Shown in pieces: positions 8,234 to 17,361 of a stretch of DNA of 63,787 nt. How positions within the stretch are numbered: position 1 is the first letter of the stretch; each line of letters opens with the position of its first letter. The notes under the pieces were generated by a model that searched no databases, had not been told where the DNA came from, and saw nothing but the letters and a program-made list of their open reading frames with translations. Both the position numbers and the translations under genes were made by a program. The stretch comes from Longimicrobiales bacterium (GTDB lineage Bacteria; Gemmatimonadota; Gemmatimonadetes; Longimicrobiales; RSA9): the NCBI GenBank assembly GCA_041568755.1, contig JBFFZF010000002.1, positions 1 through 63,787 of the forward strand, given 5' to 3'.

Positions 8234-8839
8234 ATGGTGCGCATCGACGCAACGAAGTTCTTCAACGGCTACCGTGACGCCTACGGCCGTCTGAGTCAGA
8301 GCACCGTTGCCGGAATCGAGCTGCTGGGCGGCCACATGACCAGCGATCCGGAGCTGACGAACGTGCAGTGGGCCGCGTACATGCTGGCGACTGTGAAGCA
8401 CGAGTGCGCGAACAAATGGTTGCCCATCACGGAGTACGGAAAGAAGAGTTACTTCGACAAGTACGAGGCGGGCACGTCGATCGGTCGTAACCTGGGCAAC
8501 ACGCAGCCGGGTGACGGCTGGAAGTACCGCGGCCGCGGCTACGTCCAGATCACGGGGCGCGCCAACTACGACCGCATGACGCGGGCCTTGAAGATGCCCG
8601 GTGTGAACCTGGTCGAGGATCCGGAGCAGGCGCTCCGACCCGAGGTCGCGTACGCCATCATGTCCGTCGGGATGCGCAAGGGGATGTTCACGGGCAAGAA
8701 ACTGACCGACTACATCAACGCCAACGGTTGCGATTACTTCAACGCCCGGCGGATCATCAACCTCCTGGACCGGGCCGAACTGATCAAGGGCTACGCCGTC
8801 ACGCTGGAGAAGGTGATCCGCGGCGCCATCATTCGCTGA
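8234..8839 (+). CDS. Glycoside hydrolase family 19-like (COG3179 'putative chitinase', endolysin-type muramidase/chitinase)
   Basis: A GAGGAG SD lies 8 nt upstream. The segment KHECANKW...[18 protein letters not shown] matches the GH19 catalytic core. No signal peptide. The gene is visibly more Lys- and A/T-rich than its neighbours. Confidence 0.75.
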   Translation: MVRIDATKFFNGYRDAYGRLSQSTVAGIELLGGHMTSDPELTNVQWAAYMLATVKHECANKWLPITEYGKKSYFDKYEAGTSIGRNLGNTQPGDGWKYRGRGYVQITGRANYDRMTRALKMPGVNLVEDPEQALRPEVAYAIMSVGMRKGMFTGKKLTDYINANGCDYFNARRIINLLDRAELIKGYAVTLEKVIRGAIIR

Positions 8840-8861
8840 GCGCCGGCAAACCGTGAAAGCC

Positions 8862-8895
8862 GGCGGGGCCCCACGCCATTGCGTGGGGCCCCGCC
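8862..8895. terminator. Bidirectional terminator hairpin between convergent genes
   Basis: 15-bp perfect stem ggcggggccccacgc / gcgtggggccccgcc with loop catt. Confidence 0.6.
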
Positions 8896-8920
8896 ATCGA
8901 ATGAGGACTGCGAGGAAGCG

Positions 8921-9748
8921 CTAGTTGAGCGGGCAGCCCTGCTCGTTCAGCGCGACCAGCATGTTCTTCGTGGTCTCGTAATCGCCACTCGCCTCCGCAG
9001 CCTGCACGGCCGCGATGACATCGGCTACGCTCAGGTCGTAGTCGACACCCGGAGTGGCGGCATTCAGCAGCGCCGCGACCGCGTGACGAGCGAGCGCATT
9101 GACGCCGCCGCCGCGCCGCTCCAGTCCGTCGAGCAGTGAGATGTCCGGACTGAACAGATCCGTGCCGAAGACGGTGTCGAAATCGTCATCGGGGTCGTAG
9201 CCGACCCACGAATCGAGGTGGTGCGGCTGCTTCCAGTAACCCGGCGTGCAGCCCTCGCCGCCACCTGGGACTGCCTCGTTGAAGAAATTCACGATGGCGC
9301 CGGCCCGCTCCGTGATCGTGCCGCCGCCGACCGTGACGTGGGCCGTATCCTGGCCCATCAGCGTCCGGTCTCCGGCATTGACCACATCACCCAGCCGCTG
9401 CTTGACCTCGATCTTGGCGAGCTGCGTGCCGGCTGGCGGTGTCAACTCCTCGACGACGGCCATACCGTTGATGCCTCCATTGACCAGCAGTTCACACTCA
9501 CCCGGCATCAGCGAGAATGCGTCGTTCAGGTTGGGATCCGCGCTCGTCACCGTGAAATCGTATGTCCCTGCGGGACTCGAGATGTCCTTGCAGACGAGCA
9601 GGAACTCACCGACTGGATCGTCCGACGGGTCATCAGGCGCGACCTGGAAGATCGGTTCGAAATCTCCTGGTGCGGTCGTCACGGATTCGCTGCAGGCGAT
9701 CGGAACAAGCGCGACCAACAGGAGGGGAAGGAGCCTGGGAAGTTTCAT
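8921..9748 (-). CDS. Secreted lipoprotein of unknown function
   Basis: Internal start MKLPRLLPLLLVALVPIAC (lipobox). The motif GCTPGYWKQPHH is present. The track ORF (to 10729) is over-extended. Confidence 0.6.
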   Translation of the reverse strand: MKLPRLLPLLLVALVPIACSESVTTAPGDFEPIFQVAPDDPSDDPVGEFLLVCKDISSPAGTYDFTVTSADPNLNDAFSLMPGECELLVNGGINGMAVVEELTPPAGTQLAKIEVKQRLGDVVNAGDRTLMGQDTAHVTVGGGTITERAGAIVNFFNEAVPGGGEGCTPGYWKQPHHLDSWVGYDPDDDFDTVFGTDLFSPDISLLDGLERRGGGVNALARHAVAALLNAATPGVDYDLSVADVIAAVQAAEASGDYETTKNMLVALNEQGCPLN

Positions 9749-9957
9749 CGCGGTCTCCCTGCTGGAGGAAAGGAACGGAAGACTCGTGCAGCGGCGCAAA
9801 GCTCGTGCCGGAATGATGCCGACGTAACTCGCGGGTTGTGCGCTGCCAGGTGTTGCACCGATGCCGTGGACGTTGCAGTCGTCAACGGCGGAGCAGCTTA
9901 CGTGCCAGACGCGGATCTCACGGCCCTGCCAGTGTGTTGTCCCGCCGGTTCGTGGAT

Positions 9958-10605
9958 TCAGGCGGACACCTTCTCGAGGAACGCGACGATCTCGCGGATC
10001 TGATCGGCGGTGAACTCCTGTTGAAGGATTCCGCGCGAGTGCTCCGACATCCGTTCGACGACGACGTACCAGTCGAGCGGCGAGTGCTGTCGCGGATCGG
10101 GGAGCGCGTGGCACTTGGCACAGGACTCCTCGAATGTTGCACGACCGGGCAGATCCGGCAGTGTCATGGCCGTGACCTGGAGCCCGTTGTCCATGAGGTA
10201 CCGCAGGAGCACCAGCCGGTCGCCGATCTCGGGCACGGGGACGCCCAGCGCGGGATCGATCAGCCCCATGCGCAGCCACATGCGCCGGAGCACGGCGGGC
10301 CAGTCGGACGGCGAGTGCATGGCCGGACTGGGCAACGCGTGGCATGCGACGCAGAACCGCTGCAGCTCGAGCGCACCCGCGGAGTTCGGATCCGGCAGGG
10401 TTGCCGGGTCCAGGCCGACGGGCGGCAGCGCGACGCGAGCGGAGGCGAGAAGATTGCGATCGACGTCCGCGAGCGGCGCGGCGCTCGACGTCGTGGCATC
10501 CGGCGCGGTCCGGTCCGCACAGCCAGCGGCGACGAACAGCACGAGGCAGAGGAGCACGGCCGATTTCGACCGTAACTTCCGGGGCGGGAAACCGCGGTTC
10601 AGCAT
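9958..10605 (-). CDS. Di-haem c-type cytochrome lipoprotein
   Basis: Two CxxCH motifs (CVACH, CAKCH) and lipobox FVAAGC. Confidence 0.75.
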   Translation of the reverse strand: MLNRGFPPRKLRSKSAVLLCLVLFVAAGCADRTAPDATTSSAAPLADVDRNLLASARVALPPVGLDPATLPDPNSAGALELQRFCVACHALPSPAMHSPSDWPAVLRRMWLRMGLIDPALGVPVPEIGDRLVLLRYLMDNGLQVTAMTLPDLPGRATFEESCAKCHALPDPRQHSPLDWYVVVERMSEHSRGILQQEFTADQIREIVAFLEKVSA

Positions 10606-10852
10606 GGTGACCTCCGGGAGGGCACCTTCGGGGCGGCTGCATGGAGAGCGTGAGGCCTGTTACGGACGCGGCAGGACCGTGCCGCGCACGCCGGTCCGGT
10701 CGGTGCCTGCGGGCCCGGTTCGATGCCACGATGGCCGCCCCTCACACCGACGCTCTGCTCGAATCTGCGGCCTGATGTCGTGAGAGAGTGTCGGGCAACG
10801 GCGGACCGTTTGTCAGGCTTTTGCAGTCCGTGACCTGCCCGGGAAATGCGGA

Positions 10853-10877
10853 GGGCCGGAGCGCATGGCTCCGGCCC
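10853..10877 (-). terminator. Hairpin downstream of the dinB-like gene at the end of the cox operon
   Basis: 10-bp perfect stem gggccggagc / gctccggccc with loop gcatg. Confidence 0.45.
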
Positions 10878-10923
10878 CCGTTCGGTTTCCGGCGCGCCCG
10901 GGGCGCGCGGCGGGACCGCTGGA

Positions 10924-11472
10924 TCAGCGCATGCTGGACGGCGGTGTCAGCCCCTTCATGCGCATGTACGTGACGATGTTGCCGTAGTGCTCGTTGTCGT
11001 GGGACGCGTTCTGGACCAGCGCCCACATGCGCGGCCGTTCGGCGCGCATGATCGTGGCCATTTCCATGGCCTTCATGTCCGGAATCGCGTACGCCCGGTC
11101 ACAATACGTGAACGAGGCCTTGAGCGCTTCGATGAGTGCGGTTCTGGTCGTCGCGGTCTCCTCGATGTTGACGCTGTTCGGGTTGCTCTCGCCGAGGGCG
11201 ATCGCGCAGTAGTTGTAATTGGCATTGGCGATGTGGCCGAGCAGCTGGCCGAAGCTGCGCACTTCGGGCGTGGGCCGGAAGGCGTAGTGTTCCTCGGGCA
11301 TGGCCTCGGCCGCGCGCACGACGTTGTTCTTGACACCGTCGTAGATGCTGCGCACGGCGGTCACGAGGCCGTGGTCCATCTGGTGCTCGCCATGCTGCAT
11401 CTGGTGCTGCTGGGCCGCGAGCGGCGCGGCGAGCGCGAGCAGGGCGATGGGCGCGTAGCGAATCATTTTCAT
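10924..11472 (-). CDS. DinB-superfamily protein (secreted)
   Basis: Signal peptide, then FGQLLGHIANANY ... HDNEHYGNIVTYMR, a DinB-type His-triad pattern. A 4-nt overlap links it to the upstream VWA gene. Confidence 0.7.
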   Translation of the reverse strand: MKMIRYAPIALLALAAPLAAQQHQMQHGEHQMDHGLVTAVRSIYDGVKNNVVRAAEAMPEEHYAFRPTPEVRSFGQLLGHIANANYNYCAIALGESNPNSVNIEETATTRTALIEALKASFTYCDRAYAIPDMKAMEMATIMRAERPRMWALVQNASHDNEHYGNIVTYMRMKGLTPPSSMR

Positions 11473-12680
11473 GGCGTTCTCCGTGTGACGAGTTGGCGGT
11501 TGAGCCGGGCCTCAATGGAACGAAAGACGGGCCGGGAATCAAGCCGGTGGAGCCGGCCGACGATGACATCGGCCAGGGTCTGAAGGGACGCGACGGAATG
11601 GCAGGGCAGCAGCGCGTCGACGTGCGGGAGCGCGGCGCGCAGGCCGGCGACCTCGGGCGCGAAGCCCGGCTGAGCGGCGTGCGGGCTGAGCCAGTAGAGG
11701 CGGTGGCAGGCACGCCGCAACCTCGCCATTTCCCGACCCAGGAGCGCGGATTCGCCGCGCTCCCAGCCGTCGGAGGCGATGATCACGATGGCGCCGCTGC
11801 GCACGGTACGTCGGACCCAGTGCTGATTGAGGGTCCGCACGCTCTCGCCGATGCGCGTGCCGCCGTTCCAGTCGAGGACGGTCCAGCCGACGCGGCGCAG
11901 CGCCTCATCCGTGCTCCGTTCACGGAGCTGCCTTGTAATGCGTGTGAGGCGCGTGCCGAACACGAACGTCTCGACGCGCGCGCCGGTTCTCGTCATGGCG
12001 TGGGCGAAGCGGAGCAGCAGCCGGCTGTAGCGCTCCATCGACCCGCTGATGTCGAGGATGAGCACGATCGGACGGGCTCGCCTGGGGTGCTCGAGGCCGT
12101 ACCATCGTACGGGCTCGCCGAGCGTGGCGAGTGCGCGTCGCATCATGCGGCCCGTCGCCGGTCGCCGTCCACGGCCGCCGCTGGCGATCCAGCGACGCGA
12201 CGGGCGCGACGGCAAGGCGGGCCGCAGCGCATCGACGAGCAGGGCGGCATCCCGCAGTTCGGCGTTCGTGAGCGTCCCGAAATCGGCGTGGCGGAGGCAC
12301 TCGGTCGCGCTGGCCGCAGCCGGCAGCGCGCGGCCCGGTCGCGGATCGGTGACTGCGCCGGCCTGCGCGGCCGCTGGCGCCGGGAACGTCGGCAGCCGTG
12401 CGGCGGACTGGCGGATGCGCGGCAGCAGCGGAGCACCGTCCAGGCGCGTGTGACGCTGCCAGAACAGTTCGAAAGCGTGATCGAACACGGCGCGCTCGTC
12501 GCGCCGGTGCACGAACACGGACCGGCCGGCAGCGCGCGTGACGGACTTGCGCTCGAAGCCGACGAGCGCGAGCGCCTGCGCGAAGGTGCGCGTGTGCTCG
12601 GGCCCGACGCTCAGCCCGGCACGGCGCAGCAGCCGGCCGAAGGCGACAATGTTGACCAGGAGCGGTCGGGGCTCGTTCAC
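11469..12680 (-). CDS. coxE: VWA domain protein, CoxE-like
   Basis: MIDAS motif IVLILDISGSMERY. The size and the position after the MoxR ATPase match cox accessory genes. Confidence 0.8.
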   Translation of the reverse strand: MNEPRPLLVNIVAFGRLLRRAGLSVGPEHTRTFAQALALVGFERKSVTRAAGRSVFVHRRDERAVFDHAFELFWQRHTRLDGAPLLPRIRQSAARLPTFPAPAAAQAGAVTDPRPGRALPAAASATECLRHADFGTLTNAELRDAALLVDALRPALPSRPSRRWIASGGRGRRPATGRMMRRALATLGEPVRWYGLEHPRRARPIVLILDISGSMERYSRLLLRFAHAMTRTGARVETFVFGTRLTRITRQLRERSTDEALRRVGWTVLDWNGGTRIGESVRTLNQHWVRRTVRSGAIVIIASDGWERGESALLGREMARLRRACHRLYWLSPHAAQPGFAPEVAGLRAALPHVDALLPCHSVASLQTLADVIVGRLHRLDSRPVFRSIEARLNRQLVTRRTP

Positions 12681-13579
12681 GATCCGACCTGGATCTCAGC
12701 GAGAAGCGTGCGGACGCCGTCGCCGCGCATCTGCACGACATCCTCCTGATACTTGAGCAGCACGCCGAGCGTGCGATCGATGTGCTCGGCCTGCACGTCC
12801 TGCGCCCCCAGCGCATCGAGGGCGGCGGCCCAGTCGAGCGTCTCCGCGACGCCGGGTACCTTGGACAGGTCGGCCGCACGCAGCCGCTGGACGAAGGCCA
12901 CTGCCTGCGCGGCCAGCTGCTCGCCGATGGCGGGCAGCCGGGTGCGCAGGATCGCCAGTTCGCGGCTGGCGGATGGGTAGTCGATCCAGTGATAGAAGCA
13001 GCGACGCTTGAGCGCGTCATGAACTTCACGGGTGCGGTTGCTGGTGAGGATGACGCGCGGGTTGCGTACGGCGCGGATCGTGCCGATCTCCGGGATCGTG
13101 ATCGCATAATCCGCGAGCAGCTCGAGCAGAAACGCTTCGAATTCCTCGTCGGCCCGGTCGATCTCGTCGATGAGCAGTACGGGCGCGACGTCACCGTGGG
13201 CCTCGATCGCCCGCAGCAGCGGACGCTGGATCAGGAACTCGCGGCTGAAGATGTCGCGGGCGCGGGCGGAGCGGGCCTCATCGCGCGCTTCGAGCAGCCG
13301 GATCTCGAGCATCTGCCGGGCGTAGTCCCACTCGTAGAGCGCGGTCGAGGCGTCGATGCCCTCGTAGCATTGCAGGCGGACCAGCTCGGCACCGGTGACC
13401 TGCGCGAGAGCGCGGCCCACCTCGGTCTTGCCGACGCCGGCCTCGCCCTCGAGAAACAGCGGCCGTTCGAGCGCGAGTGCGAGGTAGAGCGCGGTCGCCA
13501 GATCGTCGTCCGCGAGGTAGCCGACCTGCCGGAACGCTCCGGCCACCGCCGCCGGGCTGTCCAGCGTGCGACCCGGCAT
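12677..13579 (-). CDS. coxD: MoxR-type AAA+ ATPase, CoxD-like
   Basis: Walker A GEAGVGKTEV and Walker B LLIDEIDRADEE. Confidence 0.85.
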   Translation of the reverse strand: MPGRTLDSPAAVAGAFRQVGYLADDDLATALYLALALERPLFLEGEAGVGKTEVGRALAQVTGAELVRLQCYEGIDASTALYEWDYARQMLEIRLLEARDEARSARARDIFSREFLIQRPLLRAIEAHGDVAPVLLIDEIDRADEEFEAFLLELLADYAITIPEIGTIRAVRNPRVILTSNRTREVHDALKRRCFYHWIDYPSASRELAILRTRLPAIGEQLAAQAVAFVQRLRAADLSKVPGVAETLDWAAALDALGAQDVQAEHIDRTLGVLLKYQEDVVQMRGDGVRTLLAEIQVGS

Positions 13580-13599
13580 CGTGATGCGGGTACCCTCGC

Positions 13600-14454
13600 T
13601 CAGCCGGCGCGCGCGTAAGCGGCCGCGAGCGCGCGCCGGGCCACCACGCCCGCGAGGTGCGCCCGGTACTCCGACGACGCGTGGATGTCGCCGTTCACGG
13701 CACGACCGGCCGTGAGCTCCGCCGTGGCCGCCTGCAGCGCCGCGTCGTCGGCGTGGGTCCCGACGATCTTCGACACATCAGCCAGAAAAGCGTGGTCCGA
13801 GACACCCGTCAGGGCGACGACGGCCGTCTTGACTGTCTTGCGGCTGCGTGTCACGACGGCGGCAGCGCCGGCCAGCGCGTAGCCGGAGGCCTGCTGCTCG
13901 ACCGCGACATATGCCGACCCGGCCCGCCGAGGCAGCGACGGTAACACGATGTGCGTCAGCAGCTCATCTTCGCGCTTCGCGGTCGTGAAAGCGCCCTGGA
14001 AAAAATCGGTTGCGGCCACCGTCCGCTTGCGGCCTTTCGCGCGCAGCGTGAAGGACGCGCCCAGCGCGAGCATGACCGCCGGCAGGTCCGACGCGGGGTC
14101 GGCATGCGCGAGCCCGCCGCCGACGGTCGCCAGATTGCGCACCTGCAGGTCGGCGATGCGACGCACGGTCTCGGTCAGGATCGGGAACCGCTCCCCGAGC
14201 TCGGCGTGGTCGAGGACTTCGCGATACGTCACGGCCGCACCGATCGAAGTCTTGCGCGGCCGGACGTCGATGTGACGGAGCGCCTCGAGCCCGCTGATGT
14301 CGAGCAGCTTCCCGGGTCGAGCCAGCCGGAAGCGGAGGATCGGGATGAGGCTGTGGCCGCCAGCCAGAATCGTCGTTTCGCCATCCTTCGCGAGCGCATT
14401 GACCGCGGCCCGGACCGAAGTGGCCCGTTCGTAATCGAATGCGTGCGGAATCAT
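13600..14454 (-). CDS. coxM: FAD-binding medium subunit of a molybdo-hydroxylase (CoxM-like)
   Basis: MIPHAFDYERATSVRAAVNAL...ILAGGHSLIPILRFR. Its ATG overlaps the coxL stop (ATGA). The track ORF start at 14571 is an over-extension. Confidence 0.85.
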   Translation of the reverse strand: MIPHAFDYERATSVRAAVNALAKDGETTILAGGHSLIPILRFRLARPGKLLDISGLEALRHIDVRPRKTSIGAAVTYREVLDHAELGERFPILTETVRRIADLQVRNLATVGGGLAHADPASDLPAVMLALGASFTLRAKGRKRTVAATDFFQGAFTTAKREDELLTHIVLPSLPRRAGSAYVAVEQQASGYALAGAAAVVTRSRKTVKTAVVALTGVSDHAFLADVSKIVGTHADDAALQAATAELTAGRAVNGDIHASSEYRAHLAGVVARRALAAAYARAG

Positions 14455-16802
14455 CGCGCACCTCCCCCGGCCTGCTGGATCGCCGCCCACACCCGAGCGG
14501 GCGTGAGTGGCTTGTCGATGTGACGGATTCCGAACGGCGCGAGCGCGTCGCATACCGCGTTCGCGATGCACGCGACCGAAGCGATCGTTCCGGCCTCACC
14601 GATCCCTTTGACGCCGAGCGGGTTGACGGGCGAGGCCGTGTACGTGAAGTGCGATTCGATGCGTGGCATCTGGCTGGCCTTCGGCACCGCATAGTCCATC
14701 ATCGTGCCCGTCAGCAACTGACCATCGTCCGTGTACACCGCCATCTCCTGCAGCGCCTCACCGATGCCCTGGATGACGCCGCCGTGGACCTGGCCTTCGA
14801 CGATCATCGGGTTGATGTGCGGGCCGCAGTCATCGACACAGACGTAGCGCAGCACGCTGACCGCGCCCGTCTCGATGTCGACCTCGACCGTCGAGATGTG
14901 CGTGCCGTACGGATAGACGAAATTCGATGGATCGAAGAACGCACTGGCCTCCAGGCCCGGTTCCAGGCCGGCGGGCATGTTCCACGCCACGTTGGCCATC
15001 AGCGCGACATCGGCGAATGACTTGGACTGCGCCGGACTGCCCTTCACGCGGAACGCGCCGTCCTGCCATTCCACGTCGTCCTCACCGGCCTCGAGCAGGT
15101 GGGCTGCCAGCTTGCGCGCCTTCTCCTTGACCTTGCGCGCAGCCAGCACGACGGCCGAGCCGCCCACGGCCGTCGTCCGGCTGCCGTACGTGCCCCAGCC
15201 CTGCGGCGTCGATTCGGTGTCACCGGCGACGACCTCGACGTTCTCGATCGGCACGCCGAATTCGTCCGCCACGATCTGCGCGAACGTCGTTTCCTCGCCC
15301 TGCCCGTGCGGGCGGGTGCCGATGTAGACGCGCACGACGCCGGTCGGGTAGACACGTACGATCGCCGACTCGTACAGCCCGCCGCCGAACCCGACCGCTC
15401 CGGCCACCTGCGAGGGTCCCAGGCCGCAGATCTCCGTGTAGGTCGAGAGGCCGATGCCGACGTACCGGCCCTGCTCCCTCGCCTTCGCCTGCTCGGCACG
15501 GAACGCGTCGTAGCCGATCGCGGCCAGCGCCTTGTCGAACGCGGTGTGGTAGTCGCCGGAGTCGTAGGTGATTCCCGTCGCGACGGTGTACGGCATCTCG
15601 TCCTTCGTGATCAGATTCCGGCGGCGCACGTCGGCGGGGTCCAGCCCGACGGCCCGCGCGAACGTGTCGACGAGCCGTTCGACCAGGAACGTGGCCTCCG
15701 GCCGCCCCGCGCCACGGTACGCGTCCACAGGCGTGGTCGTCGTGTACACGCCCTTGACGACGCCGTGGATGTTCGGGATGCGGTACGAGCCCGAGTACAT
15801 CAGGCCATGCAGGATCGTGGGCACGCCGGGCGCCGCCGTCGACGCGTAGGCGCCCAGCCCGGCGAACACACGCGTGCGCAAGCCAGTGATCGTGCCGTCC
15901 CCGTTGCCGCACATCTCGACGTACTCGATGTGATCACGGCCGTGGATCGTCGCCTTGTAGTTCTCCGACCGGTCCTCGGTCCAGCGCACCGGCCGGCCGA
16001 CACGCATGGCGGCGAAGCTGGCCAGCAGCTCGTCGGCGTAGCACGGGATCTTGCTGCCGAAGCCGCCACCCACATCCGGCGAGATCACGCGCACCTTGTG
16101 CTCCGGCACGCCCAGTGTGACCGAGGCGAGGAAGCGGTGGATGTGCGGATTCTGGCTGGTCGTCCACAGCGTCAGCTGGCCCGTTGCCGCGTTGTGGCTG
16201 GCGACGGCCGCGCGCGGCTCCATGGCGGTCGGCAACAGCCGCTGCTGCACGATGCGCAGGTCGACCTTGACCGGTGCCGCCGCGAATGCCGCGTCGGCAT
16301 CGCCGCCGGCCACGGTCCACGTGAATGCGACATTGCCGGGCACGTCCGCGTGCAGCGTCGGCGCGTCCGACCGGGTCGCTTTCTCAGGGTCGACCACGGC
16401 GGGCAGCGGATCGTAGTCGACGTCGACCAGCTCCGCAGCGTCACGGGCTGCCTCGGGGCTGTCCGCGATGACGATTGCGACGCCGTCGCCGACGTAACGG
16501 ACTCTTTCCGCCGCGAGCAGCGGATGCGCGGGGACCTTGAGATCGCTGTCCGGTACGTTCCACGCGCACAGCACGGTGCCGATGCCGGTCAGGTCGGCGC
16601 CGGTGAACACGGCGAGGACGCCGGGCGCGGCGGCGGCGGCGGCCTTGTCGATCCGTCGGACCGTGGCATGCGCGTAGGGGCTGCGCACGACGACCATGTA
16701 CGTCATGCCCGCGAGCTTGAGGTCGTCCGTGAAGAGTCCCGTGCCGGTGAGGAGTCGCGGGTCCTCACGCCGGCGGATGCCGGAGCCGAAGAGGGTCGCC
16801 AT
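14451..16802 (-). CDS. coxL: Molybdopterin-binding large subunit, form II CoxL-like (xanthine dehydrogenase family)
   Basis: 783 aa. The active-site loop is PVDAYRGAGRPE (AYRGAGR is the form II signature, not the form I AYXCSFR). Confidence 0.9.
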   Translation of the reverse strand: MATLFGSGIRRREDPRLLTGTGLFTDDLKLAGMTYMVVVRSPYAHATVRRIDKAAAAAAPGVLAVFTGADLTGIGTVLCAWNVPDSDLKVPAHPLLAAERVRYVGDGVAIVIADSPEAARDAAELVDVDYDPLPAVVDPEKATRSDAPTLHADVPGNVAFTWTVAGGDADAAFAAAPVKVDLRIVQQRLLPTAMEPRAAVASHNAATGQLTLWTTSQNPHIHRFLASVTLGVPEHKVRVISPDVGGGFGSKIPCYADELLASFAAMRVGRPVRWTEDRSENYKATIHGRDHIEYVEMCGNGDGTITGLRTRVFAGLGAYASTAAPGVPTILHGLMYSGSYRIPNIHGVVKGVYTTTTPVDAYRGAGRPEATFLVERLVDTFARAVGLDPADVRRRNLITKDEMPYTVATGITYDSGDYHTAFDKALAAIGYDAFRAEQAKAREQGRYVGIGLSTYTEICGLGPSQVAGAVGFGGGLYESAIVRVYPTGVVRVYIGTRPHGQGEETTFAQIVADEFGVPIENVEVVAGDTESTPQGWGTYGSRTTAVGGSAVVLAARKVKEKARKLAAHLLEAGEDDVEWQDGAFRVKGSPAQSKSFADVALMANVAWNMPAGLEPGLEASAFFDPSNFVYPYGTHISTVEVDIETGAVSVLRYVCVDDCGPHINPMIVEGQVHGGVIQGIGEALQEMAVYTDDGQLLTGTMMDYAVPKASQMPRIESHFTYTASPVNPLGVKGIGEAGTIASVACIANAVCDALAPFGIRHIDKPLTPARVWAAIQQAGGGAR

Positions 16803-16811
16803 GATCGTCTC

Positions 16812-17276
16812 CTAGCGTTGCGCCGCCGCGGCCTGGACAGCCTCGACGATCTTCTGGTAGCCCGTGCAGCGACACAGATTGCCCTGGAAGGCGTGACGGA
16901 TCTCGGCCTCGCTGGGTGCGGGATTGCTCGACAGCAGGTCCGCCGCCGTCATGATCATGCCGGGCGTACAGAAGCCGCACTGCAGCCCGTGCTTCTCCCA
17001 GAACGCGGTCTGCAGCGGGTGCAGGGCGTCCGGCGTGCCGATCCCTTCGATCGTCCTGACGTCGCGGCCCTCCGCCTGCACGGCCAGGACGTTGCAACTC
17101 TTTACGGCCCGGCCATCGAGGTGAACGGTGCACGCGCCGCACTGCGTCGTGTCGCAGCCCACGTGCGTGCCGGTGAGATCGAGCTGCTCGCGCAGCGCGT
17201 GCACCAGCAGCGTGCGCGGCTCGACGTTCAAATCACGGGAGACACCGTTCACGGTGAGCGAGATGGTCCGCCTCAT
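16812..17276 (-). CDS. coxS: [2Fe-2S] small subunit (CoxS-like)
   Basis: Motifs [21 protein letters not shown] and CRCTGY are present. Confidence 0.9.
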   Translation of the reverse strand: MRRTISLTVNGVSRDLNVEPRTLLVHALREQLDLTGTHVGCDTTQCGACTVHLDGRAVKSCNVLAVQAEGRDVRTIEGIGTPDALHPLQTAFWEKHGLQCGFCTPGMIMTAADLLSSNPAPSEAEIRHAFQGNLCRCTGYQKIVEAVQAAAAQR

Positions 17277-17361
17277 GGATCCTCCACCGGAGGGGCTGTC
17301 GAAGGCTGAGCCGTGGGAAGGACGATCGAGAAGCTCAGGCTACGGTCGAGCGGCGCGGCGG

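Noticed and set aside
14451-16802. Bona fide aerobic CO dehydrogenase (form I CoxL)
   Set aside because: The active-site loop is AYRGAGR and the gene order is S-L-M. Both mark form II enzymes, which are not reliable predictors of CO oxidation.
15099-17309. 736-aa + strand ORF
   Set aside because: It is antisense to coxL and coxS, whose cofactor-binding motifs are unambiguous.
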